From Antedon mediterranea (lineage: Eukaryota; Animalia; Echinodermata), in assembly GCF_964355755.1 (NCBI RefSeq), contig NC_092676.1:7231888-7295887 (forward strand): a stretch of DNA of 64,000 nucleotides. The letters are read 5' to 3'. Within the stretch, counting starts at the first letter, position 1, and every line of letters begins with the position of its first letter. Made by a program: the position numbers and the translations under genes. The notes beneath the pieces were generated by a model. It searched no databases, had not been told where the DNA came from, and saw only the letters and a list, made by a program, of their open reading frames with translations. Positions 10,801-23,965 of the stretch are shown here, piece after piece.

Positions 10801-13800
10801 ACGTTGTAAGAAAGAAAACTTGTTGAATCTATTTAGGAATAAAACGTTAGGAAAAAGTGTTGTGCTACTTACATCGCGATTAGAAAATATAGATGAATTT
10901 ATCAGAGAATGTGATGTACATGTAAGAGTGAAAGGATTTAACCATTATAGCATTGGGGAATATATTAAGAACCATTTTGAGTCTTTTGAAAAACCTGAAT
11001 TGGGTAATGTTCTTACGCAGAAATTAGAGGTTGACAAGGATATTCCTAAAAATAAGCGTAAATATCTCGAAGCATATGAATTGTGCAAAACTCCTTTGTT
11101 ACTTCTCCTAATTTGTATTATTTGGGAAGACAAACAACTTCTTCCTTCTAATAATGCTGACCTTTTCAAAGAAATTTTGTGCTGCAATGTGAATCATTAC
11201 ATTGCAAAATATGAAAACCAAGAAAGCGTTTTGAAATTTGAAAATATTCCAGAAAAATATGCAAATACTATGATTTTTCTTGGTAAGTGTATGTATGATG
11301 CCTTAAAAAAAAATCAACTTTCTATTAAAAAGGGGGATTTGAAAGCTAATAAAAATAAGGACATGGTTAAGATGGCCCTTAACCTAGGATTTATTTATGA
11401 AGAAGCATCGATGTCTCGAGGCAAAAGTGAAGTGTTCTTTTCTGCTAGGCATAAATTAATACTAGAATCACTAGTAGGGTTTTATTTATACAAACTCTGT
11501 AAAAATGAAGGTATGACGAATGAGTGCGCAGCATATGTAAGACAATATGAAACTGAGTGGAATGTAGTAACAAAGTGTCCATATTTAACAATGGCAAATA
11601 GCTTTGCAGTTGGATTTCTTGGTACAAATGCAGGTAAATTCTTAAAGCATTGGGTTACGCATGATGTATCAACTTATCGTCCTTTGATACACACTTACTT
11701 AAATCATGTAACAGATGAACATCATGATTATGTGGGCAACGACCTTACAGATCACATGGACAATATGCAAATAAAACATACGGCCTTATCAAACTCATTA
11801 AATATGTTTCTTGCGCACTTCAATCAAAATTTACCGGGAGGTGAGCATTTTATACATCGTATATGGCAACTCGGTAGAATGAATCTTAATGAGCTTAATT
11901 TAAAGCAATTCTGTAATACATTATCAATTGATAGCAGAGGAAAAATTCTTGCACATATAACATATTTCGTTAAACCTACACTTGACGTACGTAATTACAA
12001 TCTATCAGGTGATGTAATGAATGACATGATTAGAGAGTGGTCTGAAATGGGTGGTGGGTTGATAATAAACCGCCTCAATATCAGCAATAATAATCTCCGG
12101 AGCATCAATCCCGAATTACTGCATCATTTAATGAGGTTGTCTTCTTTTTATATTTCATTTGAGATGATGTATTGCAATCTATCAGGTAAAGTATTGAATG
12201 ATATCATTAAGTGTAGTGAGGGAGATACGCCAACATTGTTAATGTTCAACATGGCTAGAAACAATCTAAGCGACATTGATGGTACACTAGTTGGTACTTT
12301 CTTGAGTAAGATTCCTACATTACTTAGACTTGACATGCATGATTGCAAACTAACGGGTGAAGTAATGAATAATATGATAAACGTGTATTCAGGTAGTAAT
12401 TTAAAATTACAAGAGCTTTGTGTTCCTGAAAATGACCTCAGTGACATTGATGGTACTCTTCTGGGCACTTTATTGTGTAATACTCATAAGCTGCTTAAAC
12501 TTGACATACATGACTGTAAACTATCAGGTGATATACTGAATAAAATGTTTGAAAAGTATACAAGACATGAGTCAGAAATACAGGTGCTTAATATTGGAAA
12601 CAATGATATAAGTGACGTTGATGGTACTTTACTGGGTACATTCTTAAGTAAGTCTCCTAAACTAAGTATACTTGATATGCATGCATGTAAATTATCAGGT
12701 AATATAATGAATAAAATAATCGAAATTTGTGAAGCAGCTTTGTTTCAATTAAGAGAGCTTAATATTGGTAATAATGATGAAAGTAACATTATAGGAACTT
12801 CAATAGACGGATTCTGTAACTCTCCGAAATTGTGTATCGACATACATGATTCTGAACTATCAGGTAACGTAATAAATGAAGTAATCAGTGTCGAAGCAAG
12901 AAAGCAGATCATTAATGAGAATGGTAATATACCTAGAACTGTCTTGAGTAATTCTCCAAATGATTACAATCTATCGGTCATACCTAAATGTAATACTAGA
13001 AATGATTTCAGTGACATCGATGGTACTTTACTGGGTAAGTTCGTGCTTACGTCTTCTAAACTGAATAAACTTGTTATGCATGATTGCAAACTATCAGGAC
13101 GCATAATGAATGAAATGATCAAAGTGTGTGTAAATGATAAGTTAGACTTACAGGAGCTCTATATTGGGAACAATGACATTAGTGACATTAATGGTACCTT
13201 ACTCGGTACATTTCTGTGTCATTCTCCTCAGCTACGCATACTTAGCATGTATTATTGCAAAGTATCAGGAAACGTAATGAATGAAATGTTGAGAGTGTAT
13301 ACAGGAGATGAAATTCAGTTACAAGAACTTTTTTTGTTGGGTAATGATTTCAGTGACATTGATCCTACTTTACTGAGTAACTTTTTGAGTAAGTCTCATC
13401 AACTGCTTAAATTTTCAATGGATACCTGTAAACTGTCAGGTGAGAAAATGAATGCTATCATAACATTTTATGAAAAAAATATGTTTCAATTACAGCAACT
13501 TTATTTTGGGAATAACGATTTTAGTAAAATTGAAAGTACCTTACTAAGTACCTTCTTTAGTAAGTGTATTAAATTGAAAAAACTTTCCCTAAATAATTGC
13601 AAATTATCAGGTTATAAAATAAATGAAATTTTCACAGCTTATGCAGGTGATAATTTTGAATTACAAGAGCTATATATTTCGAATAATGATTTCAGTGACA
13701 TTGATGGTAATTTATTTGGTACTTTCTTATCTAAGACTCCTCAACTGCTTAAATTAAACATGCATAATTGCAAATTATCAGGTGAAAAAATGAATGAAAT

Positions 13801-16800
13801 TATCACATGTTATAATGTTAGAGATAAATTTGAACTACAAGAGTTATATATTTCGGATAATGATTTCAGTGGCATCGATGGTACTTTACTGGGTAATTTC
13901 TTGCGTAAGTCTCCTCAACTGCGTAATTTTCACATAAATGATTGTAAATTATCAGGTGAGAAAATGAATACAATTATAACAGCTTATGATGAGGGAGATC
14001 ACTTTGAACTACACGAGCTCTATATTGGGAAAAATGATTTCAGAGACATCGATGGTACTTTACTGGGTACTTACTTGCGTCAGTCTCCTCAACTGCGTAA
14101 ACTTCACATGAATAGTTGTAAATTATCAGGTGAGAAAATGAATACAATTATAACAGCTTATGATGCGGGAGATCACTTTGAAATACAAGATCTAGTTATT
14201 ATAGATAATGATTTTAGTGACATCGATGGTACTTTACTGGGTACTTTCTTGCGTAAGTCTCCTCAACTGCGTAAACTTCACATGAGTGATTGTAAACTCT
14301 CAGGTAATAAAATGAATACAATTATAACAGCTTATGATGAGGGAGATCACTTTGAACTACACGAGCTTCGTATTTATAATAATGACATCAATGACATCGA
14401 TGGTACTTTACTGGGTAATTTTTTGTGTAAGTCTCCTCTATTGCTTGAACTTGTTATGCATAATTGCAATTTATCAAGTGAGAAAATGAATACAATTATA
14501 ACAGCTTATGATGAGGGAGATCACTTTGAACTACAAGAGTTATATATTGGGAATAATGATTTCAGAGACATCGATGGTACTTTACTGGGTAATTTCTTGC
14601 GTAAGTCTACTCAACTGCGTAAACTTCAAATGAATGATTGTAAATTATCAGGTAAGAAAATAAATACAATTTTCACAGCTTATGACGAGGGAGATCACTT
14701 TAAACTAGAAGAGCTATATATTTTGAATAATGATTTCAGTGACATCGATGGTACTTTACTGGGTACTTTCTTGTGCAAGTCTCGTCAACTGCGTACACTT
14801 TACATGAGTGATTGTAAACTGTTGGGGGAGAAAATGAATACATTTATAACAGCTTATGATGCGGGAGATCACTTTGAACTACAAGAGCTATACATTTGGA
14901 ATAATGATTTCAGTGACATCGATGGTACTTTACTGGGTAATTTCTTGCGTAAGTCTCCTCAACTGCGTAATTTTCACATAAATGATTGTAAATTATCAGG
15001 TGAGAAAATGAATACAATTATAACAGCTTATGATGAGGGAGATCACTTTGAACTACACGAGCTTCGTATTTATAATAATGACATCAATGACATCGATGGT
15101 ACTTTACTGGGTAATTTTTTGTGTAAGTCTCCTCTATTGCTTCAACTTGTTATGCATAATTGCAATTTATCAAGTGAGAAAATGAATACAATTATAACAG
15201 CTTATGATGATGGAGATCACTTTGAACTACAAGAGCTATATATTTGGAATAATGATTTTAGAGACATCGATGGTACTTTACTGGGTAATTTCTTGCGTAA
15301 GTCTCCTCAACTGCGTAAACTTCACATGAATGATTGTAAACTCTCAGGTAAGAAAATGAATACAATTATAACAGCTTATGATGCGGGAGATCACTTTGAA
15401 ATACAAGATCTAGTTATTATAGATAATGATTTTAGTGACATCGATGGTACTTTACTGGGTACTTTCTTGCGTAAGTCTCCTCAACTGCGTAAACTTCAGA
15501 TGAATGATTGTAAACTCTCAGGTAATAAAATGAATACAATTATAACAGCTTATAATGCGGGAGATCACCTTGAACTTCAAGAGCTATACATTTGGAATAA
15601 TGATTTCAGTGACATCGATGGTACTTTACTGGGTAATTTCTTGCGTAAGTCTCCTCAACTGCGTAAACTTCACATGAATGATTGTAAATTATCAGGTAAG
15701 AAAATGAATAAAATTATAACAGCTTATAATGCGGGAGATCACCTTGAACTTCAAGAACTATACATTTGGAATAATGATTTCAGTGACATCGATGGTACTT
15801 TACTGGGTAATTTCTTGCGTAAGTCTCCTCAACTGCGTCAACTTCACATGAATGGTTGTAAATTATCAGGTGAGAAAATGAATACAATTATAACAGCTTA
15901 TGATGAGGGAGATCACTTTGAACTACACGAGCTTCTTATTCATAATAATGACATCAATGACATCGATGGTACTTTACTGGGTAATTTTTTGTGTAAGTCT
16001 CCTCTATTGCTTGAACTTGTTATGCATAATTGCAATTTATCAAGTGAGAAAATGAATACAATTATAACAGCTTATGATGATGGAGATCACTTTGAACTAC
16101 AAGAGCTATATATTTGGAATAATGATTTCAGAGACATCGATGGTACTTTACTGGGTAATTTCTTGCGTAAGTCTCCTCAACTGCGTAAACTTCACATGAA
16201 TGATTGTAAACTCTCAGGTAAGAAAATGAATACAATTATAACAGCTTATGATGCGGGAGATCACTTTGAAATACAAGATCTAGTTATTATAGATAATGAT
16301 TTTAGTGACATCGATGGTACTTTACTGGGTACTTTCTTGCGTAAGTCTCCTCAACTGCGTAAACTTCACATGAGTGATTGTAAACTCTCAGGTAATAAAA
16401 TGAATACAATTATAACAGCTTATGATGAGGGAGATCACTTTGAACTACACGAGCTTCGTATTTATAATAATGACATCAATGACATCGATGGTACTTTACT
16501 GGGTAATTTTTTGTGTAAGTCTCCTCTATTGCTTCAACTTGTTATGCATAATTGCAATTTATCAAGTGAGAAAATGAATACAATTATAACAGCTTATGAT
16601 GATGGAGATCACTTTGAACTACAAGAGCTATATATTTGGAATAATGATTTTAGAGACATCGATGGTACTTTACTGGGTAATTTCTTGCGTAAGTCTCCTC
16701 AACTGCGTAAACTTCACATGAATGATTGTAAATTATCAGGTAAGAAAATAAATACAATTTTCACAGCTTATGACGAGGGAGATCACTTTAAACTAGAAGA

Positions 16801-18928
16801 GCTATATATTTTGAATAATGATTTCAGTGACATCGATGGTACTTTACTGGGTACTTTCTTGTGCAAGTCTCGTCAACTGCGTAAACTTCTGATGAATGAT
16901 TGTAAACTCTCAGGTAATAAAATGAATACAATTATAACAGCTTATAATGCGGGAGATCACCTTGAACTTCAAGAGCTATACATTTGGAATAATGATTTCA
17001 GTGACATCGATGGTACTTTACTGGGTAATTTCTTGCGTAAGTCTCCTCAACTGCGTAAACTTCACATGAATGATTGTAAATTATCAGGTAAGAAAATGAA
17101 TAAAATTATAACAGCTTATGATGAGGGAGATCACCTTGAACTTCAAGCACTATACATTTGGAATAATGATTTCAGTGACATCGATGGTACTTTACTGGGT
17201 AATTTCTTGCGTAAGTCTCCTCAACTGCGTCAACTTCACATGAATGGTTGTAAATTATCAGGTGAGAAAATGAATACAATTATAACAGCTTATGATGAGG
17301 GAGATCACTTTGAACTACACGAGCTTCTTATTCATAATAATGACATCAATGACATCGATGGTACTTTACTGGGTAATTTTTTGTGTAAGTCTCCTCTATT
17401 GCTTGAACTTGTCATGCATAATTGCAATTTATCAAGTGAGAAAATGAATACAATTATAACAGCTTATGATGATGGAGATCACTTTGAACTACAAGAGCTA
17501 TATATTTGGAATAATGATTTCAGAGACATCGATGGTACTTTACTGGGTAATTTCTTGCGTAAGACTCCTCAACTGCGTAAACTTCACATGAATGATTGTA
17601 AACTCTCAGGTAAGAAAATGAATACAATTATAACAGCTTATGATGCGGGAGATCACTTTGAATTACAAGATCTAGTTATTATAGATAATGATTTTAGTGA
17701 CATCGATGGTACTTTACTGGGTACTTTCTTGCGTAAGTCTCCTCAACTGCGTAAACTTCACATGAATGATTGTAAACTCTCAGGTAATAAAATGAATACA
17801 ATTATAACAGCTTATGATGAGGGAGATCACTTTGAACTACAAGAGTTATATATTGGGAATAATGATTTCAGAGACATCGATGGTACTTTACTGGGTAATT
17901 TCTTGCGTAAGTCTACTCAACTGCGTAAACTTCAAATGAATGATTGTAAATTATCAGGTAAGAAAATGAATACAATTTTCACAGCTTATGACGAGGGAGA
18001 TCACTTTAAACTAGAAGTGCTATATATTTTGAATAATGATTTCAGTGACATCGATGGTACTTTACTGGGTACTTTCTTGTGCAAGTCTCGTCAACTGCGT
18101 ACACTTTACATGAGTGATTGTAAACTGTTGGGGGAGAAAATGAATACATTTATAACAGCTTATGATGCGGGAGATCACTTTGAACTACAAGAGCTATACA
18201 TTTGGAATAATGATTTCAGTGACATCGATGGTACTTTACTGGGTAATTTCTTGCGTAAGTCTCCTCAACTGCGTCAACTTCACATGAATGGTTGTAAATT
18301 ATCAGGTGAGAAAATGAATAAAATTATAACAGCTTATAATGCGGGAGATCACCTTGAACTTCAAGAACTATACATTTGGAATAATGATTTCAGTGACATC
18401 GATGGTACTTTACTGGGTAATTTCTTGCGTAAGTCTCCTCAACTGCGTCAACTTCACATGAATGGTTGTAAATTATCAGGTGAGAAAATGAATACAATTA
18501 TAACAGCTTATGATGCGGGAGATTACCTTGAACTTCAAGAGCTATATATTTGGAATAATGATTTCAGTGACATCGTTGGTACTTTACTGGGATCTTTCTT
18601 AAGTAAGTCTCGTAATCTACGTACTCTTGCCATGAATAATTGTAAACTATCAGGTGATGTATTGAATGAAATGATAAGAGGGTATGCAAGAGATGATTTA
18701 GAATTACAAGAGCTTCATGTTTCGAATAATGATTTCAGTGATATCGATGGTATTCTACTAGTTACCTTATTGAACAAGTCTCCTAAGCTACGTAAACTTT
18801 ATATGAATAATTGTAAACTATCACATGACGTAATGAATAATTTGAGAATGACATTGGATTCAAGAGATATTGATATTGATATTGGGAATAATGATATTGA
18901 TGAAATTATTAGGAATCTGATTTTCTAG
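7815..18928 (+). CDS. NOD-like receptor: tandem death-effector-like domains + NACHT + very long ribonuclease-inhibitor-type LRR array; exons 7815-8346, 8943-9011, (9404-9445 optional), 9867-9917, 10296-18928
   Basis: Exon 1 has two DED-like repeats (FRKLKAGLS..LKFCLFD..DLFNTLDSRGVIS; RKQLF..WDVIFHLEKE). All introns are GT-AG phase 1 and keep frame. Walker A GEAGIGKTT, Walker B VFLLDGLDE, PLLLLLICIIW, HKLILE; alternating LxxLxIxxND / LxxLxMxxC LRRs. Confidence 0.88.
13697..18742 (+). repeat. Coding tandem array of 174-bp (58-aa) double-LRR units
   Basis: Anchor GACATCGATGGTACTTTACTGGGTA recurs every 174 bp from 13871 to 18569 (28 copies; the first and last have substitutions); flanking diverged units are 171 bp. 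Confidence 0.97.
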
Positions 18929-20869
18929 TATTGCCAACGATAGCATTTTTTCCTAAAATAAATACCCAATGTTTACGTACTAGAGAAATCTTGATGAAAA
19001 TAGCTTAAAATAAGTTGGTTGGCTGCCATTTTGCTGTATTGGCTTTAATCAGTACATTGATAACTGGCGACAAACCCACGACTACTAAACACTAGCATGG
19101 CCTTCATAACATAATAAATAATGCTAAGGCTTATCAATGTTCTATTACCTCAATAGAATATTGTTAAACATTTTGATGTAAAATTATATTTAGGTAACAA
19201 AGTTAATTGGTTTATTGAACAAACACGTAAACCGACTTTCAAGTTTATTTTTCCGTATTATTTCATGAAACATGTTAAACACTTTTAATATTATATTTTA
19301 ATTAAGCTATTTTTTCAGTGAATTTTGATTAACATAACTATTGTAGTAATACTACATATTTAGATAATATACCCTTTTAGTATACAAGCAGCTAAACCGC
19401 CAAAACAGCTTTTTGAACGACTGTTAAAAGTTGGACTCGTTCAAACATTACCGAAACTCAGCATTAACAGGATAACAGGTTAAATCGTCATTAAGGAGTC
19501 CTCGTACCGTCTTGTTTTCTACAGCCTACATTTTCAGTTACAATAAATGTACTATTATGTATTTATAATTTCTAAGCAGTACTGTAGTGTAAATTCATTA
19601 AAGTTGTATTGTAATACCGTAATTTACTTTTAATGAAGTGTTACACTTTCACAGATGTGTATAAATAGTAAAGTATAGTAATGCATTTTCCTTTTTTTAT
19701 AAATATAAAAAAAATATGCTTAGATGATTGAAAGAAAATTAACATTATTACATTATTACAATCAATGATTATTATTATCAATTATATTAAATAATAATTA
19801 TTATTCCAATAATGTTGTTCTATAGTATTACATGATTATATAAGAAACTTTTTTTAATTGGCAACACCAAAGTTACTGAAATGATATACTTTGACACCAA
19901 GTGTGCCATTTCAAACAAACATTTTATTATGTGACTCCTTACGTAATAATTGTATTAGTTTGTGCACTATACTACTGTAAACACGGCCGTGTATATAGGT
20001 GGTTATTAGTACGGATGTATTAATGTATTAAAGTAATTAATATGCAATGTGTCCGTGAAAATAAGTATAAATAGTCTGTTTGAATGTAGTATCATATCAT
20101 AGGAAATTAATAATATAAGAAATGTTTTCATTAGCATAGGAAATTGTTTATAGGTAGTAAAAATTTCATGTACGATTGTGTAAAATACACCCGTGTATAT
20201 AGGTTTATAAGGGATTATCTTAATGTTTTGTAGCTTGGGTTATGTAGGTTAGCGATAACAGATACTGTAATGTTATATATTGTTTTATCATTTGAATGTT
20301 TAAGTAAGTTAGGCCTAGACACTTTTTAGATTGTAAAACTTTTTCGCGATGAAGTAGCACAACACATTTTAAGTAGTTAAATCATTAAATTAGACTTCGA
20401 TTTATGTTAGAAGGATTAGTGTTAGTTTAAGTACAATACAATGTTTGTTTGTATACTTTATTACCACTATGGTTTACTAATAAAATTAATATACATAATT
20501 GAAATGATTGGTTGTGTTGATTTAATGTGGTTTTTGAGTATGCGATTCAGAATGATGTGGCCTACGGACAAATAGAAAATATTCTTTTATTTCAATTAAT
20601 TAATCCTACGTAAAGACGGACTTACATAACATCGCTCTTATTTCATACGAAATGAGCCTACAGTACGTACAGAAAAACCAAAAAAGCACACCTCATATCA
20701 CATCATATTGGCCTATATAGAAACAATAAGAAACATCGTATTCCATTTTGGGATGGAAAGATCTGATGAGATGATGACAATGATGATGGTTTTGTATCTG
20801 TTTGTAACTGTTCGCGATGATCTAATAAATGAAACACAGAAACCAGGACAATAACGATGATATTGAAAT

Positions 20870-21715
20870 GTTAGGATGCTGTTGAATACGTCACGATGAC
20901 GACGACGATATTGATGATGAATGATTATGAACATGTTGTTGGTTATGGGAATGATGCTAAACATGAGGATTCTGTTGAATACGTCACGATGACGACGACA
21001 ATATTGATGATGAATGATGATGAACATGATGTTGGTTATGGGAATGATGACAAATATGAGGATTCTGTTGAATACGTCACGATGACGACGACAATATTGA
21101 TGATGAATGATGATGAACATGATGTTGGTTATGAGAATGATGCTAAACATGAGGATTCTGTTGAATACGTCACGATGACGACGACGATATTGATGATAGA
21201 TGATTATGAACATGTTGCTGGTTATGAGAATGATGCTAAACATGAGGATTCTGTTGAATACGTCACGATGACGACGACAATATTGATGATGAATGATGAT
21301 GAACATGATGTTGGTTATGAGAATGATGCTAAACATGAGGATTCTGTTGAATACGTCACGGTGACGACGACAATATTGATGATAGATGATTATGAACATG
21401 TTGTTGGTTATGAGAATGATGCTAAACATGAGGATTCTGTTGAATACGTCACGATTACGACGACGATATTGATGATAGATGATTATGAACAATTTGTTGG
21501 TTATGGGAATGATGACAAATATGAGGATTCTGTTGAATACATCACAATGACGATGACGATATTGATGATGGATGATGATGAACATGATGTTGGTTATGAG
21601 ATTGAGGATGATACCAAATATGAGGATTCTGTTGAATACGTCATGGTGACGACGACGATATTGATGACGAATGTTGTGATAGCGGTGATGTTGGTTATGA
21701 GAATGATGACAAATA
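20870..21715. repeat. 93-bp GAT-rich minisatellite, about 9 copies
   Basis: GAGGATTCTGTTGAATAC anchors at 20965, 21058, 21151, 21244, 21337, 21430, 21523, 21622. Confidence 0.95.
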
Positions 21716-21759
21716 TAGGGCCAAACATTGACACTGCAACAGTTCTGGTATTGTGGAAT

Positions 21760-22025
21760 TTTTTTTTTTTTTTTTTTTTTTATTTATTTTTTTTTTTAAC
21801 ACCATATTTAATGAGGGTGATCCATCAAGCTATTGCTGATCATTAGGGACCCTCAGAGGTTCACAAGACAAACATATACACAAGATGCTCTACATAAACA
21901 AAGTCTTATTACAAGTCTTTGGGAGTGAAGTAATTTGGTCCTTAGAAAAATCCTGACATGTGACGGGACTTCAACCCAGGACCCTTGGAGTGGTAGCATC
22001 ATAACCACCAAGCCACAACTCCACA
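21760..22025 (-). mobile_element. tRNA-derived SINE with poly(A) tail
   Basis: Minus strand A-box-like GTGGCTTGGTGGTT and B-box-like GGGTTGAAGTCC; core shared with 43185-43425; poly(T) on plus at 21759-21797. Confidence 0.8.
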
Positions 22026-22214
22026 TACCTCCTATTCAGACAGATAACCCCCACTCAATAAGGGGAAATAAAAAAAGTATGTAAAAAGACAACCAAAAAC
22101 TGTAATGGAAGAACTTGCAAAATATCTGTGCGCAAAAAACGTGGCGATAACTGAAATACAACATAATAGCACAGAAAGCAAGCGCCCTGCAAAGTACACA
22201 TCGTCAAAGCAGCA

Positions 22215-22525
22215 ATAACAAAAAATTGACAGTTGGCCTACCACTACATTCAAATTATAGTAGACCTAATCTGGCAATAACTTGGCAATATCTGAAACAA
22301 AACAAAATAGCAACCCTACAAAATACAGTACAACAATCGTCAACTATACGAATGGCAGTAGGTCTACCACCACATTCAAATAGTTGGCCTACAACTACAT
22401 TCAAATTATAGTAGACCTAACGTGGCAATGACTTGGAAATATGTGAAACAGAATAACAAAATAGCAACACTACAAAATACAGTACAACAATCGTCAACTA
22501 TACGAATGACAGTAAGTCTACCACC
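22215..22525. repeat. ~150-bp direct duplication
   Basis: AGTTGGCCTAC.ACTACATTCAAATTATAGTAGACCTAA...CAAAATACAGTACAACAATCGTCAACTATACGAATG at 22231 and 22382. Confidence 0.85.
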
Positions 22526-23965
22526 ACATCCAATTACTTTGACAATGAACGTAAAATACAGCGGTATGATGCAATAACGGTACAGTGGCTTTGTCTATCA
22601 AATCGATCAACGTCCAGTCACTGTGAACTACCGTAATGTCTACATTATAATATGTCATGGACAAAGAATTCATTGTACAGTATATATAATATGCGTTTAA
22701 CATAGTATTGGTATATAGACAAGTAGTGATTACTTACAAAGACTGTAAATGTATGTCATCAGATTTTCTAGTATGCCTATTGTTGCGTAACTATCTCGTT
22801 CGAAAATGAAAACCACCAAATACTATTCAAATTAGGTACGTCTGCCTAAATACCTCTGGCAATACATTTACAACCTGATTTTTATATTTTAAAAAACATG
22901 ATTCCACAATCAGGTATAAATATTCCTTAGTTTTAGGAAAAGGAATAAGATCTACATCTAGTCTTAAAAGAAGTAGGCCTAATTGTTGGTGACTCTTAAA
23001 TAATTTGTTTATAAACCACACGATCCGCTATTTACAATGATGAAAGTAGATCCTTTTTGCATCATTTTGCCTTGCATTAAAATGTGCTGAACGATACCAA
23101 TCTAAACACATAATTCATTATGCATGTGATCGCCTCCAGAATCATGGCTTCTTTAATCCTAAAAAATAGCACAAGTAGAATTCAAAATAGTGTCACGTGT
23201 CTTGATTTTGTTCATATTTATTGCGATATTGCAATCAGCAAAACTACAACGAACAATAACAACGAAGAATAGAAAGAGTTAGACACGAATCTGTAGAATA
23301 TTTGATCGCGAATAAAATATCTATTACAACAGCAAATCCATCCGCAATAGCATACTTGGTAATTAACGCCATTATAGAGAAACTTGAAATAAGAAGACAG
23401 TTATTCTTTTTGGAGAATATTAAAGGTAGGTGTTAAACAATTTAAGATAAGTTTAAGTTAAACAAAATAAGGTTAAAAGAACTTTAGAAATACATTTGTA
23501 ATAACAAATTAATTGAGAAACATTAACAATTTATGAAATGTGCAATATAACCAATTGTAGATGGATCAAAATATAGAAATAATAATTGGTAAAAACACTA
23601 TTAAATTTTCTTTCAATATTAAAAAAAATGTGTTAATATAAGTTAAAATGAACACGAAAATAAATTGTAATCACAAAAGAAAACGAAACCGTAAAGATGA
23701 TACATGATAATAATAACCAGGTTATAATGAAGGTATATATAGATAGTATACTAAAATACTAACAATTAATGATTAAATTAAAGTAATAATATTTCTTTCT
23801 CAGTTAATGTAGTAAGTAAAAATTGAATAGTTAAGATAATTTAAAATTAATCTTAAGTTTGTTAAGTTTTGGTTAGTACAAAATACAAAATCAAATCATT
23901 AAAAATAGATTATATTATTGTAATGAAAAAAATAAGTAATTTTGTTAACAAAAATCTTTCGTTTA

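Noticed and set aside
598-18928. RT close to a variable receptor, suggesting a diversity-generating retroelement
   Set aside because: The RT is DIRS-type inside a bounded defective transposon; there is no template/variable repeat pair and I see no adenine-restricted pattern in the LRR variation.
20713-21846. 290-aa and 316-aa repeat ORFs as genes
   Set aside because: Explained by a 93-bp minisatellite; the plus ORF runs into a SINE poly(T) tract.
22800-23700. GAAANNGAAA (ISRE-like) motifs near 22802 and 23679 and an isolated donor at 23425
   Set aside because: Expected by chance in AT-rich DNA; no associated gene identified.
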